This document shows, one piece after another, positions 8,529 through 17,675 of a stretch of DNA of 28,280 bases (its first letter is position 1; every line of letters begins with the position of its first letter). The position numbers and the translations under genes were made by a program. Source of the DNA: a virus. Lineage: Duplodnaviria > Caudoviricetes. The stretch covers positions 1 through 28,280 of the IMG/VR virus record IMGVR_UViG_3300020045_003515; one strand, written 5' to 3'. Below the pieces are notes generated by a model, which ran no database searches, was not told the origin of the DNA, and saw nothing but the letters and a program-made list of their open reading frames with translations.

Positions 8529-10493
8529 ATGTATATTCCAAGAACCTTAGAAAATATCTCAGAAAGATTATTACTATCTAGCTGTCTTAAAGCTGTGTTT
8601 CGCCCTATTCTTAGATTATCTTCTATGGAATGGGCAATGAAATACAGAAGTATAACTAGCACAGAGACTTCCTTTGGTATTGGTAAGTTTGACCCAGATA
8701 GAACACCGTATATGGAGTATCTATATGATTGTCTTGATAATCCCTACATACCAGTTATTATAGGGCAGAAATCTTCTCGTATTGCTTGGACAGAAACAAT
8801 TAATAATTGGCTAGGAAAAAACATTCATACCAATCCTAGGAATACTTTAATAGGCTTTCCAACAAAAGATAAGGCTAAGGAATATGGTAAAGGGAAGTTA
8901 CAACCATTGATAGAGAACACTCCAATCTTGCAAGAAGCAATAGATGTTGGTTTATCAGAGAATAAGAAAAGTATTTTTGATTATAACCTAAAAGGAGCTT
9001 GGCTACGACTTCGTACTCTTGGTAGCTTAGTTAAGTCGGACAATGTACCTACTATTGTAGTTGAAGAATTTGCAGACACCCCCGATAACGTAAATAACCA
9101 AGGCGATACGGTTGCTGCACTTCTTGACCGTCAGAAGCTTGTACCATTAGTTATGCGAAAGTTTGTAGGTGGTAGCACTCCTACTAATATGGATTTTTGC
9201 CAAGTTGAACGAGCTATTAAATATTCCAATCAACTTGTTTTCAAAGCTGAATGTCATGAATGTGGCGAACTCATAGCTATGGATAGTACAAGCTTTGCTG
9301 CAATTAAAGTAGCAGAGTTTGGAGAGAGAAGAATTGATGAGAAGTATGGAAGACAAGACCCTTTTAGTGCTAAGTTCTTCTGCCCAGCTTGTGCTGCTGA
9401 ATGGACATTTGAACAAAAGAATCTTAACATAATAGCTGGAAAGAAACATGGTTTTACTGACCATACGGGTAGATTCTCTAAAGGGTGGCACGCTAACAAA
9501 CCAGAAGTTACAGATACTTTCGGATTTATCTTCTCAGAATTGCTAAGTCCCTTCGATGGTGGTAACTTTGTTGAACTCTCTAAGAAAAGAATACTAGCAG
9601 AAGTAGACCATGCAAAAGGTAAGGAAGGTTTATTAAAGGCTTTCTATAATACCTGTATGGGAGTTCCTTATGCTTCTGGTGTATCAGCTTTAAGTGTTGA
9701 AGAAATGAGAAAACTCCGTAGTAACTATCCAGAGGGTATTGTACCTAGTGATGGTCTTATCTTAACTATGGGTGTGGATGTTCAGATTAATAGGTTTGCG
9801 TATGTAATAAGGGCTTGGGGAAGAAATGGAAACTCATACCTAGTAACTTGGAGAGAAATCTTTGGTAATACGCAGAACTACCAAGACTCTATTTGGGAAG
9901 AACTTAAGAATATTATAACGTCAGAGTATCCCCATGCAGGTGGAAAGACTCTTAAAATTGCGGCTTGTAGCATTGACTCTGGTTGGAATACTGAGTTAGT
10001 TTATAGGTTTGTTTTAGAGTTGAACCAACAAGTAGGTTATGAAGCTGTTTTTGCAACTAAAGGGAGTGATGAACTTAGATTCTCTCACGATGAAATTTAC
10101 AACGAACCTTCTAACTTAGATATTCTTACGGATAAACAACTTAGAAAGTCCTTAGCTGAAACAATGGGTGTTAAGGTTTACAATATAGGGGCGCACAAAG
10201 CTCATAATGAGATACTTAGACGAGTTGGTCTTAATCTAATTGAAGGTTGCAATCAAGACCGTTACTTCTTCAATGAACAAAGTTATGGGCAGTACGAAGA
10301 CCAGATGGTTTCTTGTAGAAAACTTATTGATGTAAGAAGTGGTACACAACGAGAAGTATATAAGCTAGTAAGTGGTAAGAGAAAGGAGGCAATGGATGCT
10401 GAAAAAAATGCTATTCATGCAGCTTATGCAGGTGGAGTACCTTCGGCTTCTTCTGAGCATTGGAAAGCAATAGAACATTATTTATATAACTAG
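8529..10493 (+). CDS. terL: Terminase large subunit, lambda GpA family
   Basis: EWAMKYR...RTPY, Walker A-like KSSRIAWTE, STPT coupling motif, CxxC...CPxC, and nuclease motifs GVDVQ, IDSG, KG, EAMD. Confidence 0.96.
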   Translation: MYIPRTLENISERLLLSSCLKAVFRPILRLSSMEWAMKYRSITSTETSFGIGKFDPDRTPYMEYLYDCLDNPYIPVIIGQKSSRIAWTETINNWLGKNIHTNPRNTLIGFPTKDKAKEYGKGKLQPLIENTPILQEAIDVGLSENKKSIFDYNLKGAWLRLRTLGSLVKSDNVPTIVVEEFADTPDNVNNQGDTVAALLDRQKLVPLVMRKFVGGSTPTNMDFCQVERAIKYSNQLVFKAECHECGELIAMDSTSFAAIKVAEFGERRIDEKYGRQDPFSAKFFCPACAAEWTFEQKNLNIIAGKKHGFTDHTGRFSKGWHANKPEVTDTFGFIFSELLSPFDGGNFVELSKKRILAEVDHAKGKEGLLKAFYNTCMGVPYASGVSALSVEEMRKLRSNYPEGIVPSDGLILTMGVDVQINRFAYVIRAWGRNGNSYLVTWREIFGNTQNYQDSIWEELKNIITSEYPHAGGKTLKIAACSIDSGWNTELVYRFVLELNQQVGYEAVFATKGSDELRFSHDEIYNEPSNLDILTDKQLRKSLAETMGVKVYNIGAHKAHNEILRRVGLNLIEGCNQDRYFFNEQSYGQYEDQMVSCRKLIDVRSGTQREVYKLVSGKRKEAMDAEKNAIHAAYAGGVPSASSEHWKAIEHYLYN

Positions 10494-10502
10494 GAACTAA
10501 AC

Positions 10503-10670
10503 ATGAACTACATAAAGAAAAGACTACAAGAAAAATCAACTAAGACTGCAATAATCGGTTTCACAACCGTAATCTTATACCATATTCCAGCTATACCAGC
10601 CGATGTTGTAAACTCCTTCTCTTTACTAGCTATTGCTTTATTTATTGGGGCTGGAGCATCCGAGGGTTAG
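10503..10670 (+). CDS. Putative small holin (55 aa, two hydrophobic segments)
   Basis: Below the ORF-track cutoff. AGGA RBS, ATG 10503 to TAG 10670: MNYIKKRLQEKSTKTAIIGFTTVILYHIPAIPADVVNSFSLLAIALFIGAGASEG. Basic N-terminus plus two TM-like stretches. Confidence 0.6.
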   Translation: MNYIKKRLQEKSTKTAIIGFTTVILYHIPAIPADVVNSFSLLAIALFIGAGASEG

Positions 10671-10671
10671 T

Positions 10672-10830
10672 ATGAGTAGTATGAGTACAAGAGACTTACA
10701 CATCTGTCACATCTTTATTAAAGAAAATAATAAGATAGTTTGTAAGAAGTGTGGTAAAATTGAACAAATAAATTTAAGTTGGTCGGATTTAGTATTACCT
10801 CCTATCAATCTTTGGTCTTTACCAAACTAG
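10672..10830 (+). CDS. Small hypothetical Cys/His protein (52 aa)
   Basis: ATG at 10672, one base after the upstream stop, with GAGG upstream. HICH...CKKC suggests metal binding. Confidence 0.45.
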   Translation: MSSMSTRDLHICHIFIKENNKIVCKKCGKIEQINLSWSDLVLPPINLWSLPN

Positions 10831-10839
10831 GGTATAAAG

Positions 10840-11121
10840 ATGGCAACAATAACTAGACAAGAAAAACTTACCATAGCTTATGCAGACTTGGCTAAAGTTA
10901 ATGCTGCCATTGACTTGATGCTTTCTGGTAAGATGATTCAACGATTAGAAATAGGTTCAATGGAGTTCAGAAGAGTATATGACTATCAAAAGCTTAGTTT
11001 AGCGGACTTAAAAGAAATGCGTAGAGAGCTTCTTGAGATTATCGATACATTAGAAGCTACTTCCCAAGTTACTTATAGAACTGGAGCAAGCGTTCCTTTA
11101 GTAGTTAATCGGAGATTTTAA
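10840..11121 (+). CDS. Head completion protein, gpW-like
   Basis: Helix-hairpin-helix pattern (LAKVNAAI..LSG...EIG...Y...LADLKEMRRELL). Canonical position just before the portal. Confidence 0.8.
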   Translation: MATITRQEKLTIAYADLAKVNAAIDLMLSGKMIQRLEIGSMEFRRVYDYQKLSLADLKEMRRELLEIIDTLEATSQVTYRTGASVPLVVNRRF

Positions 11122-12569
11122 TGACTGACACAACTTTCCTAGTCCAAGACTTATACCAAACTAACTATGCAGCGGCTAGTACAGAATACTCCTTAGCCCA
11201 CCGACAGGCTAGTATAGGGGATGTAGACACCCTAGGGGTTAGTGAGGTTCTATTCCTAATTGCGCGTAGCCGCTATATGTGCCGTAATAATGCCGTGGCT
11301 TCCTCTGCACAAGACAAGTATTCAACTAAGTTAGGAAGTATCAAGGTTACTTGGAACTCTCCTGATGGTAGTAAACATGACATCATGCAAGACTTATGGG
11401 ATAGTTGGGCAGATAACCCAATGCTAGATGGTTTTGGGAATCTTGATACTTGGCAAGTTGCTTGTAATCATGAAAGGTTTGCTAGTGGTAAAGCCCTTAC
11501 AAGGTTACATACTGTAGATAATGACCATCCAATTCCACTTAAGTTACAAGGTATTCCGGCAGAATATTGGGATATTAACTACACTGGAATGGATAATCCT
11601 AGTCTTAATAGTAAGAGTTTAGTAACAAAGTACGGTATAACCTTCCAAAATACTAAACCTTTAGCTTATCACTTCTTCAAAGAAGGTTACTTTAGTATTA
11701 AACCCTTGCCAATAAAAGACCTTTGGAAAAGAGAAATAATTGACGCTAATGACATTATTAATTGTTTTGAAAGAAAGAATGCTAACCAATGGATAGGTAT
11801 TCCATTATTAACAAGCTGTCTTATAACTATCTATGCTCTTGAAGACCTTTGCGATGCAACAATTAAACAACAAACTAATGCTTCGGCAGTTAGCTGGATA
11901 GTTTCAAGTGAAGGCTCATCCTTGCTAAGAACTCCAGTTGGTAGTGTCTCTGTTCAAGGAAAGAAAGACCTTAATGACCCTGATAAACAAACTATCTTTA
12001 GGTCGGCTTCTGGTAATGTACATTACTTAGCAACAGGTGAAAGGCTTGAGCAAGTTCAAAGTACCGATATTGGTAACAACTTAGTTCCTATGATAAAGAG
12101 TGAGCTTGAGTTAGTTGCCGCTGCACTTAATATGCCCTACTTTGAATTAAAAGGTGACACTTCTGGAATGGACTTCTCAAGTATAAGGGCAATTCTTATC
12201 CAATGGAGAAATAGAATAGAGTTCATATACAATATGATAACTATTCCTACCCAAATGAAACCTTTGGTAACTAGATTTCAAGCTTATGCAAAACTTAAGT
12301 ATAAAGTAGCCAATGCTAAACCTAGTTTCATTCTACCAAGATGGTATGGTGTTGATGACTTAAAAGATGCACAGGCAGACTTACTTGAAATAGCTAGTGG
12401 CTTTACTCCTATAGACCAAATATGGGCTGAAAGAGGTTATACTCGTGAGCAGATAGAAGCTAGTATTTCTACTATGAAAGAAATGGGACTTTATGAACTT
12501 CTAATGCAAGCTAATAGTACAGCAAAACCAAGTTCACAAGATGCAGTAGAAACTACGGCTGCCCCATAA
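11121..12569 (+). CDS. Portal protein, lambda family
   Basis: ARSRYMCRNN, Q-WIGIP, PYFELKGDTSGMDFSSIR and VDDLKD motifs of lambda-type portals. Confidence 0.94.
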   Translation: MTDTTFLVQDLYQTNYAAASTEYSLAHRQASIGDVDTLGVSEVLFLIARSRYMCRNNAVASSAQDKYSTKLGSIKVTWNSPDGSKHDIMQDLWDSWADNPMLDGFGNLDTWQVACNHERFASGKALTRLHTVDNDHPIPLKLQGIPAEYWDINYTGMDNPSLNSKSLVTKYGITFQNTKPLAYHFFKEGYFSIKPLPIKDLWKREIIDANDIINCFERKNANQWIGIPLLTSCLITIYALEDLCDATIKQQTNASAVSWIVSSEGSSLLRTPVGSVSVQGKKDLNDPDKQTIFRSASGNVHYLATGERLEQVQSTDIGNNLVPMIKSELELVAAALNMPYFELKGDTSGMDFSSIRAILIQWRNRIEFIYNMITIPTQMKPLVTRFQAYAKLKYKVANAKPSFILPRWYGVDDLKDAQADLLEIASGFTPIDQIWAERGYTREQIEASISTMKEMGLYELLMQANSTAKPSSQDAVETTAAP

Positions 12570-12595
12570 AAAACTTCTTTACTTTTCCCTACTTA

Positions 12596-12618
12596 TGCTA
12601 TAATAAACACCATAGGAG
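12596..12618 (+). promoter_or_regulatory. Extended -10 promoter (TGC-TATAAT) and RBS upstream of protease/capsid genes
   Basis: TG at 12596-12597, TATAAT at 12599-12604, AGGAG at 12614-12618, in the intergenic gap after the portal. Confidence 0.6.
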
Positions 12619-12624
12619 AATTTT

Positions 12625-13758
12625 ATGAACCGTAAAGAACTATTTGCACAACTTAAAGCTAATGAAACTAGACTTATTCAGGAAAAAACACTGAAAGTTA
12701 AGTTTGCTGATAGTTGTGTAGTGTCCCCAGAAATCTTGCAGCGTGTAACACCAAAAGAGAATACTACTAAGGTAACTGGTGACACTCCAACAGAACCTGC
12801 CATCGAACCAGATACTTTACTTGTAAAGGTAGTAGCAAACACAGCTAATTGGATGGACTCTCAAGGGGATGTTCTTACCGCAGATTCATATAAAGCAAGT
12901 ATCTTGAAACGTGGAATATCAATTCCACATATCTTAGACCACAAGCATAGTGTTACTTCTTTTGTCGGTGATGTTCAAAAGGTCTATACCGAACAACTTA
13001 ATCTAAAAGACTTAGGACTTTCCCAAGAAGGAAGTACCACTGCCCTTGTTTTTGAAACCTTAATCCGTAAGGATTATAACGAAGATGTGTTTAAGTTCTA
13101 TGGTAATGGTAAAATTAACCAACATAGTATTGGGTTAAAGTACCAAGAGATTAGACTAGCTTTAGATTCTTCTGACCCAGAAGATGTTTCCTATAAAGAA
13201 GTTTGGAACAAGTACTATCCAGATATTATTAATAAAGACCAAGCAGACCAACACGGTATGTTCTGGGCAGTTACTAAAGTAGATATTCTTGAAAACTCTG
13301 CTGTACTATTCGGGGCTAATGAACTTACCCCAACACTAGAATTATCAGGAAAGTCTTTAGACTCTTCTGAAAATGATTTACCAACCCTATCTGCTCAAGT
13401 AGAGCAAGGAGAAAACACAATGATTCTTGAAGAAGCATTGAAAAAAATCTCAGACTTAGAAACTGAGGTGAAACAAGCTTCTGCTTTAGCTACTAAAGCA
13501 GAAAGAGAACGTACCATTGGTATCTTGGAAGCTGCAAAGACTTTTAGCCTAGACCATGAAACTGCTATTAAAGCTATCAATAAAGCTAAATGGGATGTTG
13601 AAGATGTTGTAGACTTCTTTACAACTATTAAAGCTAGTCAAGATGCTAGTCAAACAATTGACACATCTGTAGTTGTTTTCGGTAAAGGTTCTGAGCAACC
13701 AACGGGTGCTTCGGAACACTATGTACCTGCTTTCTTGAAACAAAAAGGAGCTAAATAA
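12625..13758 (+). CDS. Prohead protease (HK97/S78-like) fused to C-terminal scaffold
   Basis: DSQGDV...SI, ILDH, HSIG and ENSAV.FGANE.TP motifs match HK97-type proteases. Helical C-terminus contains AERERT.GI. Confidence 0.8.
   Translation: MNRKELFAQLKANETRLIQEKTLKVKFADSCVVSPEILQRVTPKENTTKVTGDTPTEPAIEPDTLLVKVVANTANWMDSQGDVLTADSYKASILKRGISIPHILDHKHSVTSFVGDVQKVYTEQLNLKDLGLSQEGSTTALVFETLIRKDYNEDVFKFYGNGKINQHSIGLKYQEIRLALDSSDPEDVSYKEVWNKYYPDIINKDQADQHGMFWAVTKVDILENSAVLFGANELTPTLELSGKSLDSSENDLPTLSAQVEQGENTMILEEALKKISDLETEVKQASALATKAERERTIGILEAAKTFSLDHETAIKAINKAKWDVEDVVDFFTTIKASQDASQTIDTSVVVFGKGSEQPTGASEHYVPAFLKQKGAK
13420..13758 (+). CDS. Nested in-frame scaffold protein (Nu3-like), 112 aa
   Basis: Internal AAGGAG (13406-13411) 8 nt before an in-frame ATG at 13420 (MILEEALKK...). 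Coiled-coil product, analogous to Nu3 within lambda C. Confidence 0.65.
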   Translation: MILEEALKKISDLETEVKQASALATKAERERTIGILEAAKTFSLDHETAIKAINKAKWDVEDVVDFFTTIKASQDASQTIDTSVVVFGKGSEQPTGASEHYVPAFLKQKGAK

Positions 13759-14540
13759 TGAACAGTCCACATACGATGACTTATTGGGAAAGTCAACAAG
13801 ATGCTGGTTTTAAGAACTACCCTGAAAGAACTACAAACCGTCCTTTTGTTCCTGAGAAGTCTCAAACTATCACAGTAGCTTCTGGTCAAATCTTAAAAGC
13901 AAGAAGTTTTGTTAAAAGTAATGCTTCTGGAAAGATGATTGCTGGTGGTAATATCTCTGAGTATGCTAAACTTGTTCTTAGTGGTACTTTAGCAGATACA
14001 GATACGGCTATTGCTGGTGGTCTTACCGTAACAGCTACTGGTGGTGTGGTTACTGCTGCCCAAGTTATTACTGCTTTAGTAACTGGAGCCGATGTAGGCT
14101 TTGCAGTCGTAACTGGTACTTTATCTGGTTGGGAGCTAGTCGCTGACCCTTCAAGCACTACTCTTTGGGCTTACAGTACTACTGGTATTACCAATGTAAC
14201 AGACTTTGCAGTTACAGGTACTAACACTTCATTAACTGAAACAGTAACTACTGTTGGTGGTTCAACTACCTTTCAGAAACCTTCTGGTATCTTAGCTATG
14301 GATGTTGACGCTACTTCTGGTGACGTAGTAACAACTATGTACATTGAAGCGTATGCCTATGAAAGTGAAGTTATCTGGGGTGTAGATGTTGCAGTAGATA
14401 CTATCACTAAAGCTGATGGTACTACGGTAGCTTGTTCTGCCTATAACACAGGTGCAGTGACTCCCTTACTTCGCAAGATGTATGTTGAGAATACTGAGTT
14501 TGAAATCGTAACACCTACAGCTGGTGAGGAGTTAGTATAA
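13758..14540 (+). CDS. Head decoration protein (gpD/HDPD-like) with internal insertion
   Basis: TITVASGQILKA..V and PSGILAMDVDATSGDV...YIEA...VIW halves of the decoration fold, separated by about 100 extra residues. Lies before the capsid gene. Confidence 0.82.
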   Translation: MNSPHTMTYWESQQDAGFKNYPERTTNRPFVPEKSQTITVASGQILKARSFVKSNASGKMIAGGNISEYAKLVLSGTLADTDTAIAGGLTVTATGGVVTAAQVITALVTGADVGFAVVTGTLSGWELVADPSSTTLWAYSTTGITNVTDFAVTGTNTSLTETVTTVGGSTTFQKPSGILAMDVDATSGDVVTTMYIEAYAYESEVIWGVDVAVDTITKADGTTVACSAYNTGAVTPLLRKMYVENTEFEIVTPTAGEELV

Positions 14541-15802
14541 TGGCTGATTTAATTTTAATGACACCTTATCAAAGTGGGCTACCTACCTTAGATGGTGTAA
14601 TTTCAGCAAACCCTTTGCCAAGACCTTTGGCAATGTCTCAGTGGTTTGGACAAGAAAGTACAACTACTAAAGATAGAATCAATGTTGACTATGAGTTTGG
14701 AGCAACTAACTTAATTGCTCGTTTCGTAGCTCCAACTATTGATGCTGCTAAGTTTGCACATCCTAACTTTGGCACTAAAGAAATGACCTTTGGTTATGCT
14801 AAAGCGGCTGTTGAAAGTCCTGACTTAACTGAGATTAGTCAAAGAATGTTTGGACAACCTTTCGGTGCGGAACAAAACTTCCAAGCTAATTACGACATGA
14901 TTCTTGCAAAAGACATGGATAGAGCTGATAAGAGTATTGAGAACTTAGAAGAGTTATGCGCCACACACTTGTTAGTCTATGGTAGCTATACAACGGCTAT
15001 CTCTGGTGACAATGCGCAACATCCTTTAGTTACTTTTGACTGGGGAAGAACTACTTTAACTAATAGTTCTGCTACTACACAAGCTTCTCGTAATGCTAAT
15101 GTAGCCTCAGTCTATAACGATTGGATTCCAGAAGTAAACTTAACAACTTTGAAAGCTAATACTGCTACGGATGTTGGTGGCGGCTTATCTTGGGATGCTA
15201 AAGATAATACCTCTGGTACTCCTACAACTGTAACGCCTGTTTCAGTAGTTGACCCAGTTGAGCAAGTTCGCCGTATGGATAGAATCTGTTCTTATCGTGC
15301 TGGTTCTACAGAAGCTTTTGTTATGAGTGATGATGCTTGGTCTTGGTATAAAGCTGCTATAAAAGCTGATAAGTACAAAGACTTGTGGGATTTAACAAAG
15401 AATGCTACTCCAAGAATACAAAATCCAATCCTTGATATGATTCATAACTTCCAAGGATGGTTCTTGCGTGGTTTTATGTTAGATGATGTTGGTATGACTG
15501 TTCCTATCTTTGGCTACAGTGGTACTTATGACAATATTGATACAGGTGTTAGAACTAAGTATTTCCCAGATGGTTATGTAGTAGCCTTGCCTAGTAGAAG
15601 CTACGGTAAGAAAATCTACGGTCGTATTATGCACCCTAAAGCGGCTTGGCTTCCTGCTAAACGCTGGGTGAATCAATGGGGTAATACAAAAACAGGTTAC
15701 ACAGAGTGGGAACTTCACTCTAGTTTCTTGTTAGGTCATACTGATATTGATACTGTAGTTAGTTGGAAGGTATGTTCTACTGCTCCAGCAGCTACCCTGT
15801 AA
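14540..15802 (+). CDS. Major capsid protein, lambda gpE family
   Basis: IARFVAP, EELCA..L..G, V.FDWG, YSGTY and YFPDG.V...YG motifs. Position after the decoration gene; 420 aa. Confidence 0.9.
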   Translation: MADLILMTPYQSGLPTLDGVISANPLPRPLAMSQWFGQESTTTKDRINVDYEFGATNLIARFVAPTIDAAKFAHPNFGTKEMTFGYAKAAVESPDLTEISQRMFGQPFGAEQNFQANYDMILAKDMDRADKSIENLEELCATHLLVYGSYTTAISGDNAQHPLVTFDWGRTTLTNSSATTQASRNANVASVYNDWIPEVNLTTLKANTATDVGGGLSWDAKDNTSGTPTTVTPVSVVDPVEQVRRMDRICSYRAGSTEAFVMSDDAWSWYKAAIKADKYKDLWDLTKNATPRIQNPILDMIHNFQGWFLRGFMLDDVGMTVPIFGYSGTYDNIDTGVRTKYFPDGYVVALPSRSYGKKIYGRIMHPKAAWLPAKRWVNQWGNTKTGYTEWELHSSFLLGHTDIDTVVSWKVCSTAPAATL

Positions 15803-15874
15803 GTTTACAGTTGTAAGGCTGTGAAATCGTGGGCTGCTTAGCTTATCTCCCTAAGTTAGCCCACACCCTGTAAG
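15794..15874 (+). repeat. 10-bp direct repeat (ACCCTGTAAG) flanking a long stem-loop
   Basis: Repeat copies at 15794-15803 and 15865-15874. Hairpin GTGGGCT-GCTTAG...CTAAGT-T-AGCCCAC (15829-15864) has no U-tract. Confidence 0.7.
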
Positions 15875-15883
15875 GAGTTTACT

Positions 15884-16258
15884 ATGTTTGAGTTAAGTGA
15901 TAAATCACTAGATAAAATGAAAGGAGTAAATCCTTCCTTACTAGCTGTTGTCAAAAAAGCTATTGAACTTTCTCCAGTTGATTTTGGGGTATCCGAAGGT
16001 TTAAGAACAGTTGAAAGACAAAAAGAACTGTTTAAAGCTGGTAAATCCCAGACTATGAAAAGTAGACATATTGTTGGAGAAGCTGTTGATGTTGTAGCTT
16101 ATGTTAATGGTAAAGTTGACTGGACTTGGAAATACTATGAACAGATTGCAGTTGCTATGAAAGAAGCTTCTAAAGAGCTAGGTATAGTTATCGAATGGGG
16201 CGGAGACTGGGTATCTTTTAAAGATGGGGTTCACTTCCAACTTAGTAAGAAGAAATGA
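15884..16258 (+). CDS. Endolysin, M15 family L-Ala-D-Glu peptidase
   Basis: EGLRT.ERQ, SRH..G.AVD, WGGDW and DGVHFQL zinc-peptidase motifs. AAGGAG RBS. Confidence 0.93.
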   Translation: MFELSDKSLDKMKGVNPSLLAVVKKAIELSPVDFGVSEGLRTVERQKELFKAGKSQTMKSRHIVGEAVDVVAYVNGKVDWTWKYYEQIAVAMKEASKELGIVIEWGGDWVSFKDGVHFQLSKKK

Positions 16259-16917
16259 GTAACTTGGATATTAAAATAACACAAACTTCTAGTAAAAGTA
16301 CCTTAGTTTCATTCTTAAAGAAAAACTTAGAGGAGAAGCTTGACCTTAAAGTATTTTCAAAAAACTTACATCGGTTTACTAAAGATTGGGTGAAGGAGAC
16401 TTCCTCTATATATACTAAAAGTCAAAAAGACCTTAGACAAGATTTATCTCTAAAGATATTAGCTGATAAAGTTTCTTTAAGTTCTTCTGTAAAGATTAAG
16501 CTAGCTAAAATTACATTAGCAGTACGAAGTAATAGTTTGGCAAGTTTTGCACATTCTACTTTAACTGAAACAGTTACAGAAGCTGGAGGTAGTGGTAGAT
16601 TTAGAGTAACTAGAGCGACTATCATACGAGGTAAAAGTAAACAAGTTTCTATTATCAGTAGAAAAAGTAGGTCTTCATATTTTGCTAGTGCTAGAGACGA
16701 TGTTACCCCTAAGTTTCAAGGTAGAATAAAAGGTTTCACACCTAAAGGACATAAAGGTAAAATCTTTATTAGACTTCAAGCACATACTTGGAAAGATAAT
16801 AAGCGTTTACCAATAGCACAAATGTATGGCATACCAAATGCCTACTTGCTAAATAGTAAAAGAACCAAAGATGCTTTTAAATTTGACCAAAGACTTAAAG
16901 ACTTATGGAAACCTTAA
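16255..16917 (+). CDS. Minor tail/neck protein, gpZ-like
   Basis: Very basic protein with IF.R....RLPI..MYG C-terminal motif. Located in the neck region. Confidence 0.6.
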   Translation: MSNLDIKITQTSSKSTLVSFLKKNLEEKLDLKVFSKNLHRFTKDWVKETSSIYTKSQKDLRQDLSLKILADKVSLSSSVKIKLAKITLAVRSNSLASFAHSTLTETVTEAGGSGRFRVTRATIIRGKSKQVSIISRKSRSSYFASARDDVTPKFQGRIKGFTPKGHKGKIFIRLQAHTWKDNKRLPIAQMYGIPNAYLLNSKRTKDAFKFDQRLKDLWKP

Positions 16918-17222
16918 CAGATAAAACTATTCAACTAGATGTTTTTGGAACAGTCTTAAGCTTTCCAACCTTTACAATTAAAGGAATTAATGGGGAAGAC
17001 TTCACAAATATTAATTTTGAAGTAGATGCAATGTCCCACAGGGCTATCGTCTTCTATTGGCAAATTACTCAAGAAGACTGGAATAATTTTGAAATAACCA
17101 AGGATGATACTTTCACAACAACTGTAGTTAATAAAGTTTTTAGTTGGAAGATTGCACAAAGACCTATTCCAGATGTTTATGGTTGGGTAAGGATAACCGC
17201 TAACTTGGTAAACCTAGTATGA
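16905..17222 (+). CDS. Head-tail joining protein, gpFII-like
   Basis: 105 aa, beta-rich, with PIPDVYGWVRI near the C-terminus. Neck position. Confidence 0.55.
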   Translation: METLTDKTIQLDVFGTVLSFPTFTIKGINGEDFTNINFEVDAMSHRAIVFYWQITQEDWNNFEITKDDTFTTTVVNKVFSWKIAQRPIPDVYGWVRITANLVNLV

Positions 17223-17665
17223 TAGACCTACAACATCTTGCCGACTATCTTGAAACTACCTTAAGTATTCAAACTGATATTGCTAACAGACTCTTCCAAG
17301 TTGGTTTATCTTTTGAAGATGACTTACCAATTATGGAAGTTTGTTATTCTCGTCTTGTTCCTGCCAAAGAGAATGAAATTTTACTAAGCTCAGCAAGTGA
17401 GATAGATAACCAATGTGTTATGTTTATTGATGTAGTGTACTCAGCTCCTATGTATGACGTAACTAACAACTTTATCTATCAAGTAGGCTTACAAAAACTT
17501 TGGAGGACACTCCATGCTTACCAACCACAACAGTTTGTTTCTACAGAACAAAACTTCCGAAGTTTTACAGCTATAGCTGGCGACTTTATTACAGATAATG
17601 GTAGAATTATTACTAAACTTGTCTTTGGATTTACATTCGATAATCTTTTAAACTTTAACCCATAA
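17219..17665 (+). CDS. Tail terminator/completion protein (gpU-like)
   Basis: 148 aa, acidic, shortly upstream of the tail tube gene. LP.M.V.Y and L.AYQP features. Confidence 0.55.
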   Translation: MIDLQHLADYLETTLSIQTDIANRLFQVGLSFEDDLPIMEVCYSRLVPAKENEILLSSASEIDNQCVMFIDVVYSAPMYDVTNNFIYQVGLQKLWRTLHAYQPQQFVSTEQNFRSFTAIAGDFITDNGRIITKLVFGFTFDNLLNFNP

Positions 17666-17675
17666 GGAGAACCTA

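Noticed and set aside
10633-10671. TTG-started N-terminal extension of the 65-aa ORF
   Set aside because: It overlaps the 55-aa holin-like gene; ATG 10672 has an RBS and abuts the upstream stop.
15829-15864. Post-capsid hairpin as an intrinsic terminator
   Set aside because: No U-tract on either side; kept as an unexplained structure instead.
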